A stretch of DNA of 26,338 nt from Patescibacteria group bacterium (GTDB lineage Bacteria > Patescibacteriota > Minisyncoccia > Phycocordibacterales > UBA12079): positions 1-26,338 of the forward strand of contig JAHIOZ010000098.1 of NCBI GenBank assembly GCA_018894995.1. Direction: 5' to 3'. The notes under the pieces are model-generated. The model saw only the letters and a program-made list of their open reading frames with translations. It did no database searches and had not been told where the DNA came from. Both the position numbers and the translations under genes were made by a program. Every line of letters begins with the position of its first letter. Position 1 is the stretch's first letter. Below, piece by piece: positions 14,126-22,567 of this stretch.

Positions 14126-16042
14126 ATGCCAAACAATGAAGAAAAAAACAGAATAGAAAAATTAAAAGACAGGCTTTACTCCAAGAAAGATATTATTCGC
14201 AGGGAGAGGTCGCAGTTCCCCAGAAAAATTTATGATGTGAAAGTTGCTTGGGAAGACAAAGATAATAATCAGGTTTTCCCTGATAAAAATGATTTAAAAA
14301 AAATGAAAAAAAAGACATTTTTAGAAAAAACATTAGTCGCTGCAGTTATATTTTTTTTGATATCGGCTATTGTTGTTTTTGTCGCAGTTTTTGGAGGAGC
14401 AACAAATGTTTCTTCTGATAATGTGGAAATATCTGTGACAGGGCCTTCTACTATTGAAAGTGGGGGGGAACTATTAATGCAGGTTTCCATTAAAAATAAC
14501 AATTCAGTTGATTTGGAATTGGCCGATTTGATAATTGAATATCCGGAAGGAACTCATTCTGCAAGCGGGGACATTCAAGATCTAAATTCGGTTAGAGAAT
14601 CAATGGACATTATATCTGCCGGAAAAAGTGTCCGAAAAGAATATAAATCAATTTTATACGGCGAAGAGAATAGTGAGAAAGATATTGTTATAAGTCTTGA
14701 ATACAGAATCGCAGGGTCAAACGCTATCTTTTTTAAAGATAGAAAATATGAAATAAAAATCAGTTCCTCACCAATCAATTTAATAGTTAGCCCATTAAAA
14801 GAAGTTATTTCAGGTCAAGACATTGAACTTTCAGTTAGTGTTGTATCTAATACTCCCAACGAAATTAATGATTTGTTGGTTAGTATTGAATATCCTTTTG
14901 GTTTTGAATTCAAGAGTGCTAGTCCTGAACCGGAATTTGGCAATAATGTTTGGAAAATAAAAAGTATTGATTCAAGCAGTCAAAATGTTATAAAAATAAA
15001 AGGTACCATAACAGGACAAGATGATGAAGAAAGGGTATTTAAATTCAGTAGTGGTACGAGAGATTTTAAAAATGAAAAAGAAATAGGAGCACTTTTTGCT
15101 TCTGTGACAAAATCTTTGTTAATAAAGAAACCTTTCTTAGGTATTGATATTGCTCTTAATGGAGATACTTCTGCTACCTATGTTTCTCAAAGAAATAAAT
15201 CAATTAGAGTTGATGTGATGTGGTCAAATAATTCACCGGCTACTATAATTGATGGTGAAATCCTCATTAAATTAAAAGGGGATATATTGGATAAATCTAG
15301 TATCTCAGTTGATAAAGGATTTTATCGTTCTTTTGATAACACAATAGTTTGGAATAAAACAACCAGCGGTGAGTTGTCCGAGATAAACTCGGGAGAAGGC
15401 GGTCGTTTCAGTTTTTCTTTTTCACCGTTATCTCTTTCTGCAAAAAGCGGTTTTGTTGACCCTGAAATCTTAATAAATGTCAGTGCAAAAGGAAATAGAA
15501 TTTCTGAAAACGAAACTCCGGAAGAAGTTATTTCCACCGTTTCAAAAGTTGTTAAAATATCTTCGGATTTGATGATTGCTCCGAGGGCGACTTATTATAC
15601 CGGACCTTTTGTTAATACGGGATCAATTCCACCAAAAGTCGATAAAGAAACAACTTATACTATTACATTAACGGTAACAAACACAACAAATAATGTATCT
15701 GATGTTAAAGTTTCGCTTTCTTTGCCCGCTTATGTTCGTTGGATGGGGGTCGTTTCGCCGACTTCTGAAAATATTTCCTATAATTCTATCGGAGGAGAGA
15801 TTGTTTGGAATATTGGAGACGTAAAACCTGGTGCAGGGACTAAGGAAGTGTATTTCCAAGTGGCTTTGTTGCCAAGTATCAGCCAGGTTGGTGAAAGTCC
15901 TAAGTTGACGAGTGATATTGTTATGGAAGGAATAGATCAATTTACAAATGCAATTATAAGAAAAACAGAAAAGGGTGTTTCCACTACTCTAAATACTGAT
16001 TCCGGATTTACCGGTTCAGGAGATGCGAGAGTGGTTCAATAG
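14126..16042 (+). CDS. Membrane-anchored hypothetical protein with beta-rich (Ig-like/DUF11-like) extracellular domains
   Basis: 638-aa ORF with one TM at about aa 68-90, then Ser/Val/Ile-rich beta-strand patterns. Confidence 0.8.
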   Translation: MPNNEEKNRIEKLKDRLYSKKDIIRRERSQFPRKIYDVKVAWEDKDNNQVFPDKNDLKKMKKKTFLEKTLVAAVIFFLISAIVVFVAVFGGATNVSSDNVEISVTGPSTIESGGELLMQVSIKNNNSVDLELADLIIEYPEGTHSASGDIQDLNSVRESMDIISAGKSVRKEYKSILYGEENSEKDIVISLEYRIAGSNAIFFKDRKYEIKISSSPINLIVSPLKEVISGQDIELSVSVVSNTPNEINDLLVSIEYPFGFEFKSASPEPEFGNNVWKIKSIDSSSQNVIKIKGTITGQDDEERVFKFSSGTRDFKNEKEIGALFASVTKSLLIKKPFLGIDIALNGDTSATYVSQRNKSIRVDVMWSNNSPATIIDGEILIKLKGDILDKSSISVDKGFYRSFDNTIVWNKTTSGELSEINSGEGGRFSFSFSPLSLSAKSGFVDPEILINVSAKGNRISENETPEEVISTVSKVVKISSDLMIAPRATYYTGPFVNTGSIPPKVDKETTYTITLTVTNTTNNVSDVKVSLSLPAYVRWMGVVSPTSENISYNSIGGEIVWNIGDVKPGAGTKEVYFQVALLPSISQVGESPKLTSDIVMEGIDQFTNAIIRKTEKGVSTTLNTDSGFTGSGDARVVQ

Positions 16043-16066
16043 ATTTTTAGATAACTTATATTTATT

Positions 16067-17512
16067 ATGAATAAAAAAGAACAAGATAACAAAAATTTGA
16101 ATTCACAAAATGAATCGGACAAGATCCTAAATTTGCAAAGCAAATCGGACAAGATGGAAAAAATAGTTTCTTTGGCAAAGAGAAGAGGTTTTGTTTTTCC
16201 GTCTTCAGAAATTTATGGCGGTTTTGCCGGTGTTTATGATTTTGGACCAATGGGAGTTGAATTGGAAAATAATATAAAAAATCACTGGTGGAAATGGATG
16301 GTTCAAAAAAGAAGAGATATTGTTGGGTTGGATTCGGGAATTTTTATGAATCCAAAAATTTGGGAAGCTTCGGGACACACCAAAGGTTTTTCTGACCCGA
16401 TGGCGGAGTGCAAGGAATGCAATACAAGAATTAGAGTTGATAAAATTTTGGAAGAAATTGGAATTATCGCTGACGAAAAAATGTCTGAAGAAGAAATCAA
16501 TAAATTGTTTGATGAGAATAGAGATAAAATAAAATGTTCAAAATGTGGCAAGAAAAATTTTTCAAAGGTTCAAAAATTTAATCTTTTGGTTCAATCAAAC
16601 CTCGGAGATTTTACTGAGAAAGGCGACAACCCCGCTTATTTAAGAGGGGAGACTTGTCAGGGTATTTATGTAAACTTTTCAAATGTTGTTGATTCAACTC
16701 ATATGAAGTTGCCTTTTGGAATTGCCCAAATTGGTAAAGCTTTTAGAAATGAAATTTCTCCGCGACAGTTTTTGTTCAGAGGGAGAGAGTTTGAACAGAT
16801 GGAAATGCAATATTTTACTCATCCGGAAGACGAAATGAAAGAATACGAAAAATTGAAAGAGTATCGCTGGAAAGCAGTTTTGGATTTGGGATTAAGAGAA
16901 GAAAATCTTCGTTGGAAAAAACACGAGAATTTGGTTTTTTATGCAAAAGACGCTTGGGATATTGAATATAATTTCCCTTGGGGTTTTGATGAATTGGAGG
17001 GGGTGCATGCACGCGGAAATTACGACTTAACTCAACATTCTGAAGGAAGCGGAAAAACGCAAGATTATTATGACCAAGAAAAAAACGAAAGATTTATTCC
17101 GCATATTATAGAATCTTCCGGCGGAGTTGGGCGCTATGTTTTTGCGGTTTTGAATGATGCTTATACTGAAGAGGAAGTAAATGGAGAGATGAGGGTAGTT
17201 TTGAAATTAGACAAAAAAATTGCTCCTGTAAAAGTTGCTGTGTTGCCGTTGTCTAAAAAAGATGAATTATCAAAACCAGCTTTGGAACTTTTTGAAAAAT
17301 TGAATGAAAATTTTATTTGTCAGTATGATGAAACCCAGTCAATCGGGAAGAGATACAGAAGGCAAGACGAAATTGGCACCCCTTATTGCGTCACTTTTGA
17401 TTTTGATTCGCTTGAAGATAATTCTGTAACTGTTCGTGACAGAGACACAATGCAACAGGACAGGATTAAGATTGATGAGTTGGTTGGATATTTGAAAGAG
17501 AGATTGAGTTGA
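16067..17512 (+). CDS. glyQS: Glycine--tRNA ligase (alpha2, GlyQS type)
   Basis: AKRRGFVFPSSEIYGG, LRGETCQG, IGKAFRNEISPRQFLFR.REFEQME, SIGKRYRRQDEIGTP. Confidence 0.97.
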   Translation: MNKKEQDNKNLNSQNESDKILNLQSKSDKMEKIVSLAKRRGFVFPSSEIYGGFAGVYDFGPMGVELENNIKNHWWKWMVQKRRDIVGLDSGIFMNPKIWEASGHTKGFSDPMAECKECNTRIRVDKILEEIGIIADEKMSEEEINKLFDENRDKIKCSKCGKKNFSKVQKFNLLVQSNLGDFTEKGDNPAYLRGETCQGIYVNFSNVVDSTHMKLPFGIAQIGKAFRNEISPRQFLFRGREFEQMEMQYFTHPEDEMKEYEKLKEYRWKAVLDLGLREENLRWKKHENLVFYAKDAWDIEYNFPWGFDELEGVHARGNYDLTQHSEGSGKTQDYYDQEKNERFIPHIIESSGGVGRYVFAVLNDAYTEEEVNGEMRVVLKLDKKIAPVKVAVLPLSKKDELSKPALELFEKLNENFICQYDETQSIGKRYRRQDEIGTPYCVTFDFDSLEDNSVTVRDRDTMQQDRIKIDELVGYLKERLS

Positions 17513-17574
17513 TGCGGAACGAACACGGAACTATGCAGAACACACGCGAAAGAATTAGGTGAAAATTAAAATAA

Positions 17575-17602
17575 AAAAATGTGTCGCAAGCGACACATTT
17601 TT
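17575..17602. terminator. Probable bidirectional terminator
   Basis: AAAAATGTGTCGC-AA-GCGACACATTTTT between convergent genes. Confidence 0.7.
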
Positions 17603-17609
17603 GACTAAA

Positions 17610-18080
17610 TTATTTAATGAGATGAAAGATTTTTTGCGGGTCAAATCCTTGAATAATTAATAAAATTTCTAAAAAATCTTTTTTGCTCATTTGCCATCTG
17701 AAGATGATGTTGAAACAGTCGTTCCTTGTTTCTTTTGCTGTGAGAAAGAAACCTTTATCTTTTTCGGGGTTGGGATTTTCGCACTCGTGCAATTTATCCG
17801 GAGGTCTTATTTTTGAAAGTTTTTCTGCAAATTTATCCCAAAAACATAGGCATAAAATAAAGGCATGTTCTTCGGATGACCCTGTTGTTGGGTGAGCACC
17901 GCAAATAACATTTAAATGAGAAGTTTCTACTCTGAAAATTTCTTCTTCTCCTGGAAATTGATACAGGGTAGCTACCTTTCTACCGCATTTTTTACAAATA
18001 AATTTTGTTGTGTCAGGTACTGTTTCTTTTTTTGAACACATTTTACCAACAATATTATTATCATACTTCGCTGTTATCAT
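17610..18080 (-). CDS. Hypothetical protein with CxxC motif (156 aa from the second ATG)
   Basis: ORF; AGGAGG SD precedes the ATG at 18080; CKKC motif. Confidence 0.65.
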   Translation of the reverse strand: MITAKYDNNIVGKMCSKKETVPDTTKFICKKCGRKVATLYQFPGEEEIFRVETSHLNVICGAHPTTGSSEEHAFILCLCFWDKFAEKLSKIRPPDKLHECENPNPEKDKGFFLTAKETRNDCFNIIFRWQMSKKDFLEILLIIQGFDPQKIFHLIK

Positions 18081-18178
18081 AATCTTTCCCCTCCTCATAT
18101 TTAATTGTTATCAAAAATTTCCCGATTTCTGCATATTACTATATAATAGATTGATACTAAAAAGCAATAGTTAGAGAA

Positions 18179-18463
18179 GTAACCACTCATACTTGTTGAA
18201 TTTTCATAACTAATTAATAAGCGATGGATCGCCACGCATGACACAATTTTTAAGTTTTTTGAAAAACTTTGTTTTTCAAAAAACTAAAAAATGGTGTCAT
18301 GCTCGAGAAGACGGATTTTCCAGAGGAAAATCCGTCGACGAAATGCCGAAGGCATTTCGTCTTCGCGAACTTCGGAGCGACAGCGGAGAAGTGTGGCGAT
18401 CCAGAGTAACATCGTCAATTATCGATTTTAATGAGTTTGATGTTTATAAGTGTGAGTGGTTAC
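18179..18463 (-). mobile_element. MITE-like element copy B (285 bp), inverted relative to A
   Basis: TIRs GTAACCACTCATAC/GTGTGAGTGGTTAC; flanks TTAGAGAA/TTAGGGAA (7/8); colinear with A. Confidence 0.85.
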
Positions 18464-18566
18464 TTAGGGAATTTAATAATCAATTTTTCAGTTTGGTTTT
18501 CCGCGTAATTCCGCGTTCGTTCTGCGACAATCCGCGATTTATTCGACTGGAAGGAGAATAAATACT

Positions 18567-19841
18567 ATGAAATACAACAAAAAAATATTAAAAAACGGAT
18601 TAAGAATAATTACTGTGCCGATGCAGGATAACAATACTGTGACAGCTTTGGTGTTGGTGGAGGCCGGTTCCAAATATGAAAACGAAAAGAATAACGGGAT
18701 TTCTCACTTTTTGGAGCATATGTGTTTTAAAGGTACTGACAACCGTCCCAATCCGGGTGATATTTCTCACGAGCTTGACGCTTTGGGTGCTCAGTCAAAC
18801 GCTTTTACTTCTCAGGAATTTACCGGTTATTATGCCAAAGCTCACACAAAGCAAACCCATAAATTAATTGATATTATTTCTGATTTGTATTTGAACCCAA
18901 TTTTCAACGATGCGGAAATTGAAAAAGAAAAAGGTGTGATTATTGAAGAAATGAATATGTATAAAGATTTGCCGATGAGAGACATCCACGATGTTTTTAT
19001 GCGTTTGTTGTATGGTGACAGTCCAACCGGGAGAAATATTGTTGGAACAAAAGAAATCATTAAATGTGTAATTAAAAAAGATTTTGAAGATTATCGAAAA
19101 AATCACTATGTTGCTTCGGCGACGACCGTTGTGGTGTCGGGGAAATTTGATGAGAAAAAAGTAATTAAAGACATTGAAGAAAGGTTTAAAAATGTCAGTG
19201 TAGAGAAACATCATAAAAAAGAAAAAGTTAAAGAAAATCAAAAAGCCCCGCAAATTGCAATTAAAAATAAAAAACTTGACCAATCCCATTTGATTTTGGG
19301 AGTGAGGGCTTTTGATTTATTTAAAAAAGACAGTGCCGTTGTTTCAGTTATCGCGGGTATTCTTGGCAAGGGGATGAGTTCTCGATTGTTTTTCAAATTA
19401 AGAGAAGAAATGGGAGTTTGTTATTATGTGCGAGCGGGGAATAATGCTTTTACCGATCACGGTTTTTTCAATATTTCAGCGGGAGTTGACAACAGTAGGG
19501 TGGAGGAAGTGGTCGGGGTTTTGTTGGAGGAAATGAGAAAGTTAAAAAAAGATTTGGTGAGTAATTTTGAATTAAAAAAAGTTAAAGAATATATGACTGG
19601 TAGTTTGTTTCTCGGCCTTGAGTCTTCCGATGATTTGGCGGAATATTACGGAATTCAAGAAATTTTAAATCAAGAAATAAAAAAACCAAAAGAAAAAGCC
19701 AAAAGAATCAGAGAAATTACCGCTCAAGACATAAAGAGAGTGGCAAACAAAATTTTTAAAAATGAAAGTCTAAACCTAGCGGTTGTCGGACCGATAGATG
19801 ATAAGAAGAAAGAGGAGATTAAAAAGATGTTTGGAATTTAA
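18567..19841 (+). CDS. M16 family (pitrilysin/insulinase) zinc peptidase
   Basis: GISHFLEHM (HxxEH), NAFTS.E.TGYY, EKEKGVIIEE, SSRLF.KLREE.G..Y. Confidence 0.95.
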   Translation: MKYNKKILKNGLRIITVPMQDNNTVTALVLVEAGSKYENEKNNGISHFLEHMCFKGTDNRPNPGDISHELDALGAQSNAFTSQEFTGYYAKAHTKQTHKLIDIISDLYLNPIFNDAEIEKEKGVIIEEMNMYKDLPMRDIHDVFMRLLYGDSPTGRNIVGTKEIIKCVIKKDFEDYRKNHYVASATTVVVSGKFDEKKVIKDIEERFKNVSVEKHHKKEKVKENQKAPQIAIKNKKLDQSHLILGVRAFDLFKKDSAVVSVIAGILGKGMSSRLFFKLREEMGVCYYVRAGNNAFTDHGFFNISAGVDNSRVEEVVGVLLEEMRKLKKDLVSNFELKKVKEYMTGSLFLGLESSDDLAEYYGIQEILNQEIKKPKEKAKRIREITAQDIKRVANKIFKNESLNLAVVGPIDDKKKEEIKKMFGI

Positions 19842-19864
19842 GTAAAATTTTTTCCAAAAATTTT

Positions 19865-20012
19865 AGAATTAAGAATTAAGAATAACGAATTATGAATGAT
19901 GAATCTAGAATACGACGACGGATTTTGCTTCGCAAAATCCGTCGTTTAATAGTTTAAAAACCTAAAATTAAAAAACGACCAAATGTGGCGACCGTCACAT
20001 TTGGTCGTTTTT
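19865..20012. repeat. 7-nt-period tract plus two hairpins
   Basis: AGAATTA-type units at 19865-19911; hairpins at 19915-19945 (TTC loop) and 19971-20012. Confidence 0.7.
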
Positions 20013-20034
20013 GAGTCATTAAATTTCAAAATAA

Positions 20035-20057
20035 AAAGCCCACTTACAGCGGGCTTT
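20035..20057 (-). terminator. Terminator for the minus-strand orphan
   Basis: On the minus strand AAAGCCCGCT-GTA-AGTGGGCTTT followed by Ts. Confidence 0.5.
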
Positions 20058-20078
20058 AGTCTTGAGAAAGAAAATAAA

Positions 20079-20450
20079 TTATGGTTCAATCACTACAACC
20101 ATATTTCTTGTTTTTTCTTTGCAAATAATAAAAATATTGTAACCTTTCTCACCATCGCCATCAATACTACCTTTTCGAACATTTTCAAGGGTTTCGCAGA
20201 TATAGCTCAAAATGTGGTTTGTAAAATCTTTACTCTTCACATTTTCAGCTACATAGGACAAAATTTTGACGGAGTTCCTCGTCACAGAGATTACATTTAT
20301 TGCCTCTGATATAACCTGCACCCAATTTTTCTCGTTGAAGGTAAAACCTAGAGGGGTTGACTCCGGTTCAATCGAAGGCCCGAGCAATGTTACTAACTCT
20401 TTTTGAACTAATTGTTCTTTGAATAAAATACCTTCCATTAATTGGTTCAT
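20079..20450 (-). CDS. Hypothetical protein (123 aa, start MNQLMEG)
   Basis: ORF; AAGGAG SD 5 nt before the ATG at 20450. Confidence 0.6.
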   Translation of the reverse strand: MNQLMEGILFKEQLVQKELVTLLGPSIEPESTPLGFTFNEKNWVQVISEAINVISVTRNSVKILSYVAENVKSKDFTNHILSYICETLENVRKGSIDGDGEKGYNIFIICKEKTRNMVVVIEP

Positions 20451-20649
20451 TTTGTTCTCCTTGGGGTTATCCCTTTTGAGTTTTTTAAGAATAACTTTAT
20501 TACTGATATCCGAAAGAAGTGTATAAAAAAATAATCGGTAAGTCAATTTAAGAAAACCCAAGTTCAAAAATTAGTTGCAACACCTAAGTCTATTAATTAA
20601 GATTTAGGCAATATGAAAAATAAAAAAGCAGGTATTTAATCAGGTTTAC

Positions 20650-20684
20650 AAAAAACCACGGAAGCAAGGCTTCCGTGGTTTTTT
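20650..20684. terminator. Terminator downstream of the DUF378 gene
   Basis: AAAAAACCACGGAAGC-AAG-GCTTCCGTGGTTTTTT, 16 bp perfect. Confidence 0.75.
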
Positions 20685-20718
20685 ATTGAAATACCCGTAA
20701 ATTTAAGAGAGCTGAGTA

Positions 20719-20940
20719 TTAAGCGCAGGAACATTTTCTGCAACTTATCAGCATAGTGATTGCTGAAATTCCAACAAGAAGATATACAATATTTTCAACT
20801 GTAGGCCATTGACCTGCAATCAAATTTACAATATTCCAATTTCCTCCTAAGAAATATCCCAAACCTGTTAACCCCCAGTTAAGTGCCCCGATGAACATTA
20901 ACCAGTAAGCGATAGTTCCTGTTGTTGTTTTACATTTCAT
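20719..20940 (-). CDS. DUF378-family small membrane protein
   Basis: IGALNWGL.G...N.V..I...IVY.LVGISA motif. Confidence 0.88.
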   Translation of the reverse strand: MKCKTTTGTIAYWLMFIGALNWGLTGLGYFLGGNWNIVNLIAGQWPTVENIVYLLVGISAITMLISCRKCSCA

Positions 20941-21022
20941 AACAAAAATTATTTATATATTTATAATAATTCGACTCAATTAAATTATAACAGTTTTAAA
21001 TAATTGTCATAGTTGATAACTA

Positions 21023-21222
21023 GTAACCACTCACACTTATAAACATCAAATTCAATAAAATCGATAACTGACATTAGTTAGTCTGGATCGCCACACTTCT
21101 CCGCTTCGCTCCAAATTTCGTCGACGGATTTTCCTCTGGAAAATCCGTCTCTGCGAGCGATAGTGTGGCAGTCTAGAAATTTATTCATAATCCGTAAGGA
21201 TTTAACAACTGTGAGTGATTAC
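21023..21222 (+). mobile_element. MITE-like element copy C (200 bp)
   Basis: Left TIR GTAACCACTCACAC, degenerate right TIR CTGTGAGTGATTAC; perfect 8-bp TSD GATAACTA. Confidence 0.85.
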
Positions 21223-21265
21223 GATAACTAAAGTCGGCAGTCTGAAAATGACAAAACTATAAAAC

Positions 21266-21322
21266 ACGACGAAACCCAAAGGGTTTCGTCGTCACTTACT
21301 ACTTACTACTTATTACTTAATA
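21266..21322. repeat. Hairpin plus 7-nt-period tract, reverse-complement relative of 13747-13799
   Basis: ACGACGAAACCC-AAA-GGGTTTCGTCGT, then CTTACTA/CTTATTA units. Confidence 0.7.
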
Positions 21323-21334
21323 CTTTTTTCTCCC

Positions 21335-21363
21335 TTGCTACTTATTCTTCACTATTTTATACT
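21335..21363 (+). promoter_or_regulatory. sigma70-like promoter, leaderless arrangement
   Basis: TTGCTA-17 bp-TATACT, 6 nt before ATG 21370. Confidence 0.65.
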
Positions 21364-21369
21364 ATAGTT

Positions 21370-22404
21370 ATGGATAAAGAACTTACAATCAACATAACTT
21401 CCGGGACAATTGTTAAAACAATATTGTTTGTTTTGCTTGTCGTCTTACTGTATTTTTTGAAAGATTTGGTTTTGGTCATATTAACCGCGATTGTGATTGC
21501 TTCTTCTGTTGAGCCGATAACCAAATGGTTTATTCAAAGAAAAATTCCAAGACTGGTTGCTGTTATTTTGATTTATTTTTCCGTAGCTTTTTTGGTTGCA
21601 GGACTTTTCTTTTTGCTGATTCCTCCTTTATTGGATGATGCCTCCAGTCTTATGGCAACCCTCCCTCAATATTTTGAGGACATAAAATTGAATACTTCTT
21701 TAGGAACGGGAATAGATACAACTTTTTCTTTAAGAGAATTTGTTTCTGAATTTAGAGATGGGATAACAGGTGCGACCGGAAGTGTCTTACAAACAGTCAG
21801 CTCAATTTTTGGTGGTGCAATCAACTTTGTTCTTATCATCATACTTTCCTTTTATTTGGCAGTTCAAGAGTTTGGAATCGCCAGTTTTTTGAGGATTATA
21901 ACTCCGGTCAATAAAGAAAAATACATTATAGATCTGTGGAAAAGATCGCAGTTTAAAATCGGTTTGTGGATGCAAGGGCAACTGCTTTTAGCTTTAATCA
22001 TTGGAGTATTGGTGTATCTCGGACTTACAATCTTGGGTATTAAGTATGCTTTCCTTTTTGCTTTATTGGCTGCTATTTTGGAGCTTATCCCTTTGTTTGG
22101 CCCCGTAATTGCGGCTGTCCCTGCTATTATTGTTGGTTTTGTTGACGGAGGGGCAACTCTCGGTTTTCTTGTTACAGGATTTTATATTATTATTCAACAG
22201 TTTGAAAATCATCTGATTTATCCTTTGGTTGTTAAAAAAGTGGTTGGGGTTCCTCCTTTACTGGTTATTCTCGCTCTTATTATTGGAGCGAAGTTAGCCG
22301 GTTTTTTGGGTATACTTTTGTCAGTTCCTGTGGCTGCTGCTCTTATGGAATATGTTCATGACATAGAAGCAGAAAAGAAAAAATTGATGCAGGAGAATTC
22401 TTAA
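21370..22404 (+). CDS. AI-2E family (PerM/UPF0118-like) transporter
   Basis: Multi-TM protein with LELIP.FGP, QQFENHLIYP.V...VG.PP...ILAL..G..L.G.LG..LSVP.AA. Confidence 0.92.
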   Translation: MDKELTINITSGTIVKTILFVLLVVLLYFLKDLVLVILTAIVIASSVEPITKWFIQRKIPRLVAVILIYFSVAFLVAGLFFLLIPPLLDDASSLMATLPQYFEDIKLNTSLGTGIDTTFSLREFVSEFRDGITGATGSVLQTVSSIFGGAINFVLIIILSFYLAVQEFGIASFLRIITPVNKEKYIIDLWKRSQFKIGLWMQGQLLLALIIGVLVYLGLTILGIKYAFLFALLAAILELIPLFGPVIAAVPAIIVGFVDGGATLGFLVTGFYIIIQQFENHLIYPLVVKKVVGVPPLLVILALIIGAKLAGFLGILLSVPVAAALMEYVHDIEAEKKKLMQENS

Positions 22405-22437
22405 TCTTAATTGATGATAATTTGTTGTCGTCTTTGT

Positions 22438-22521
22438 GTGTGGATTTTGGGTGGTTTTTTTTGAACGCCCCACCCTCTAAAGAGGGTGGGGCGTTCAAAA
22501 AAAACCGCCCAAAATCCACAC
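22438..22521. repeat. 40-bp inverted repeat with one G.T pair, between the AI-2E gene and metG
   Basis: 22438-22477 pairs with 22482-22521; loop TAAA. Confidence 0.8.
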
Positions 22522-22567
22522 GACAACCCAAAATCACTTTAACTTTATATAATAATATAAACCAGTT

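Noticed and set aside
18238-18561. 107-aa ORF, and the related 12460-12762 ORF sharing MPKAFRLRELRS, as MITE-encoded proteins
   Set aside because: The shared peptide is just translated repeat DNA. There are no transposase motifs, and the frame is closed by a TAA at 18211 inside the element.
20873-20884. CCCCAGTTAAGT match to the stem at 2653-2664
   Set aside because: It encodes the conserved ALNWG motif of DUF378; a chance 12-mer match.
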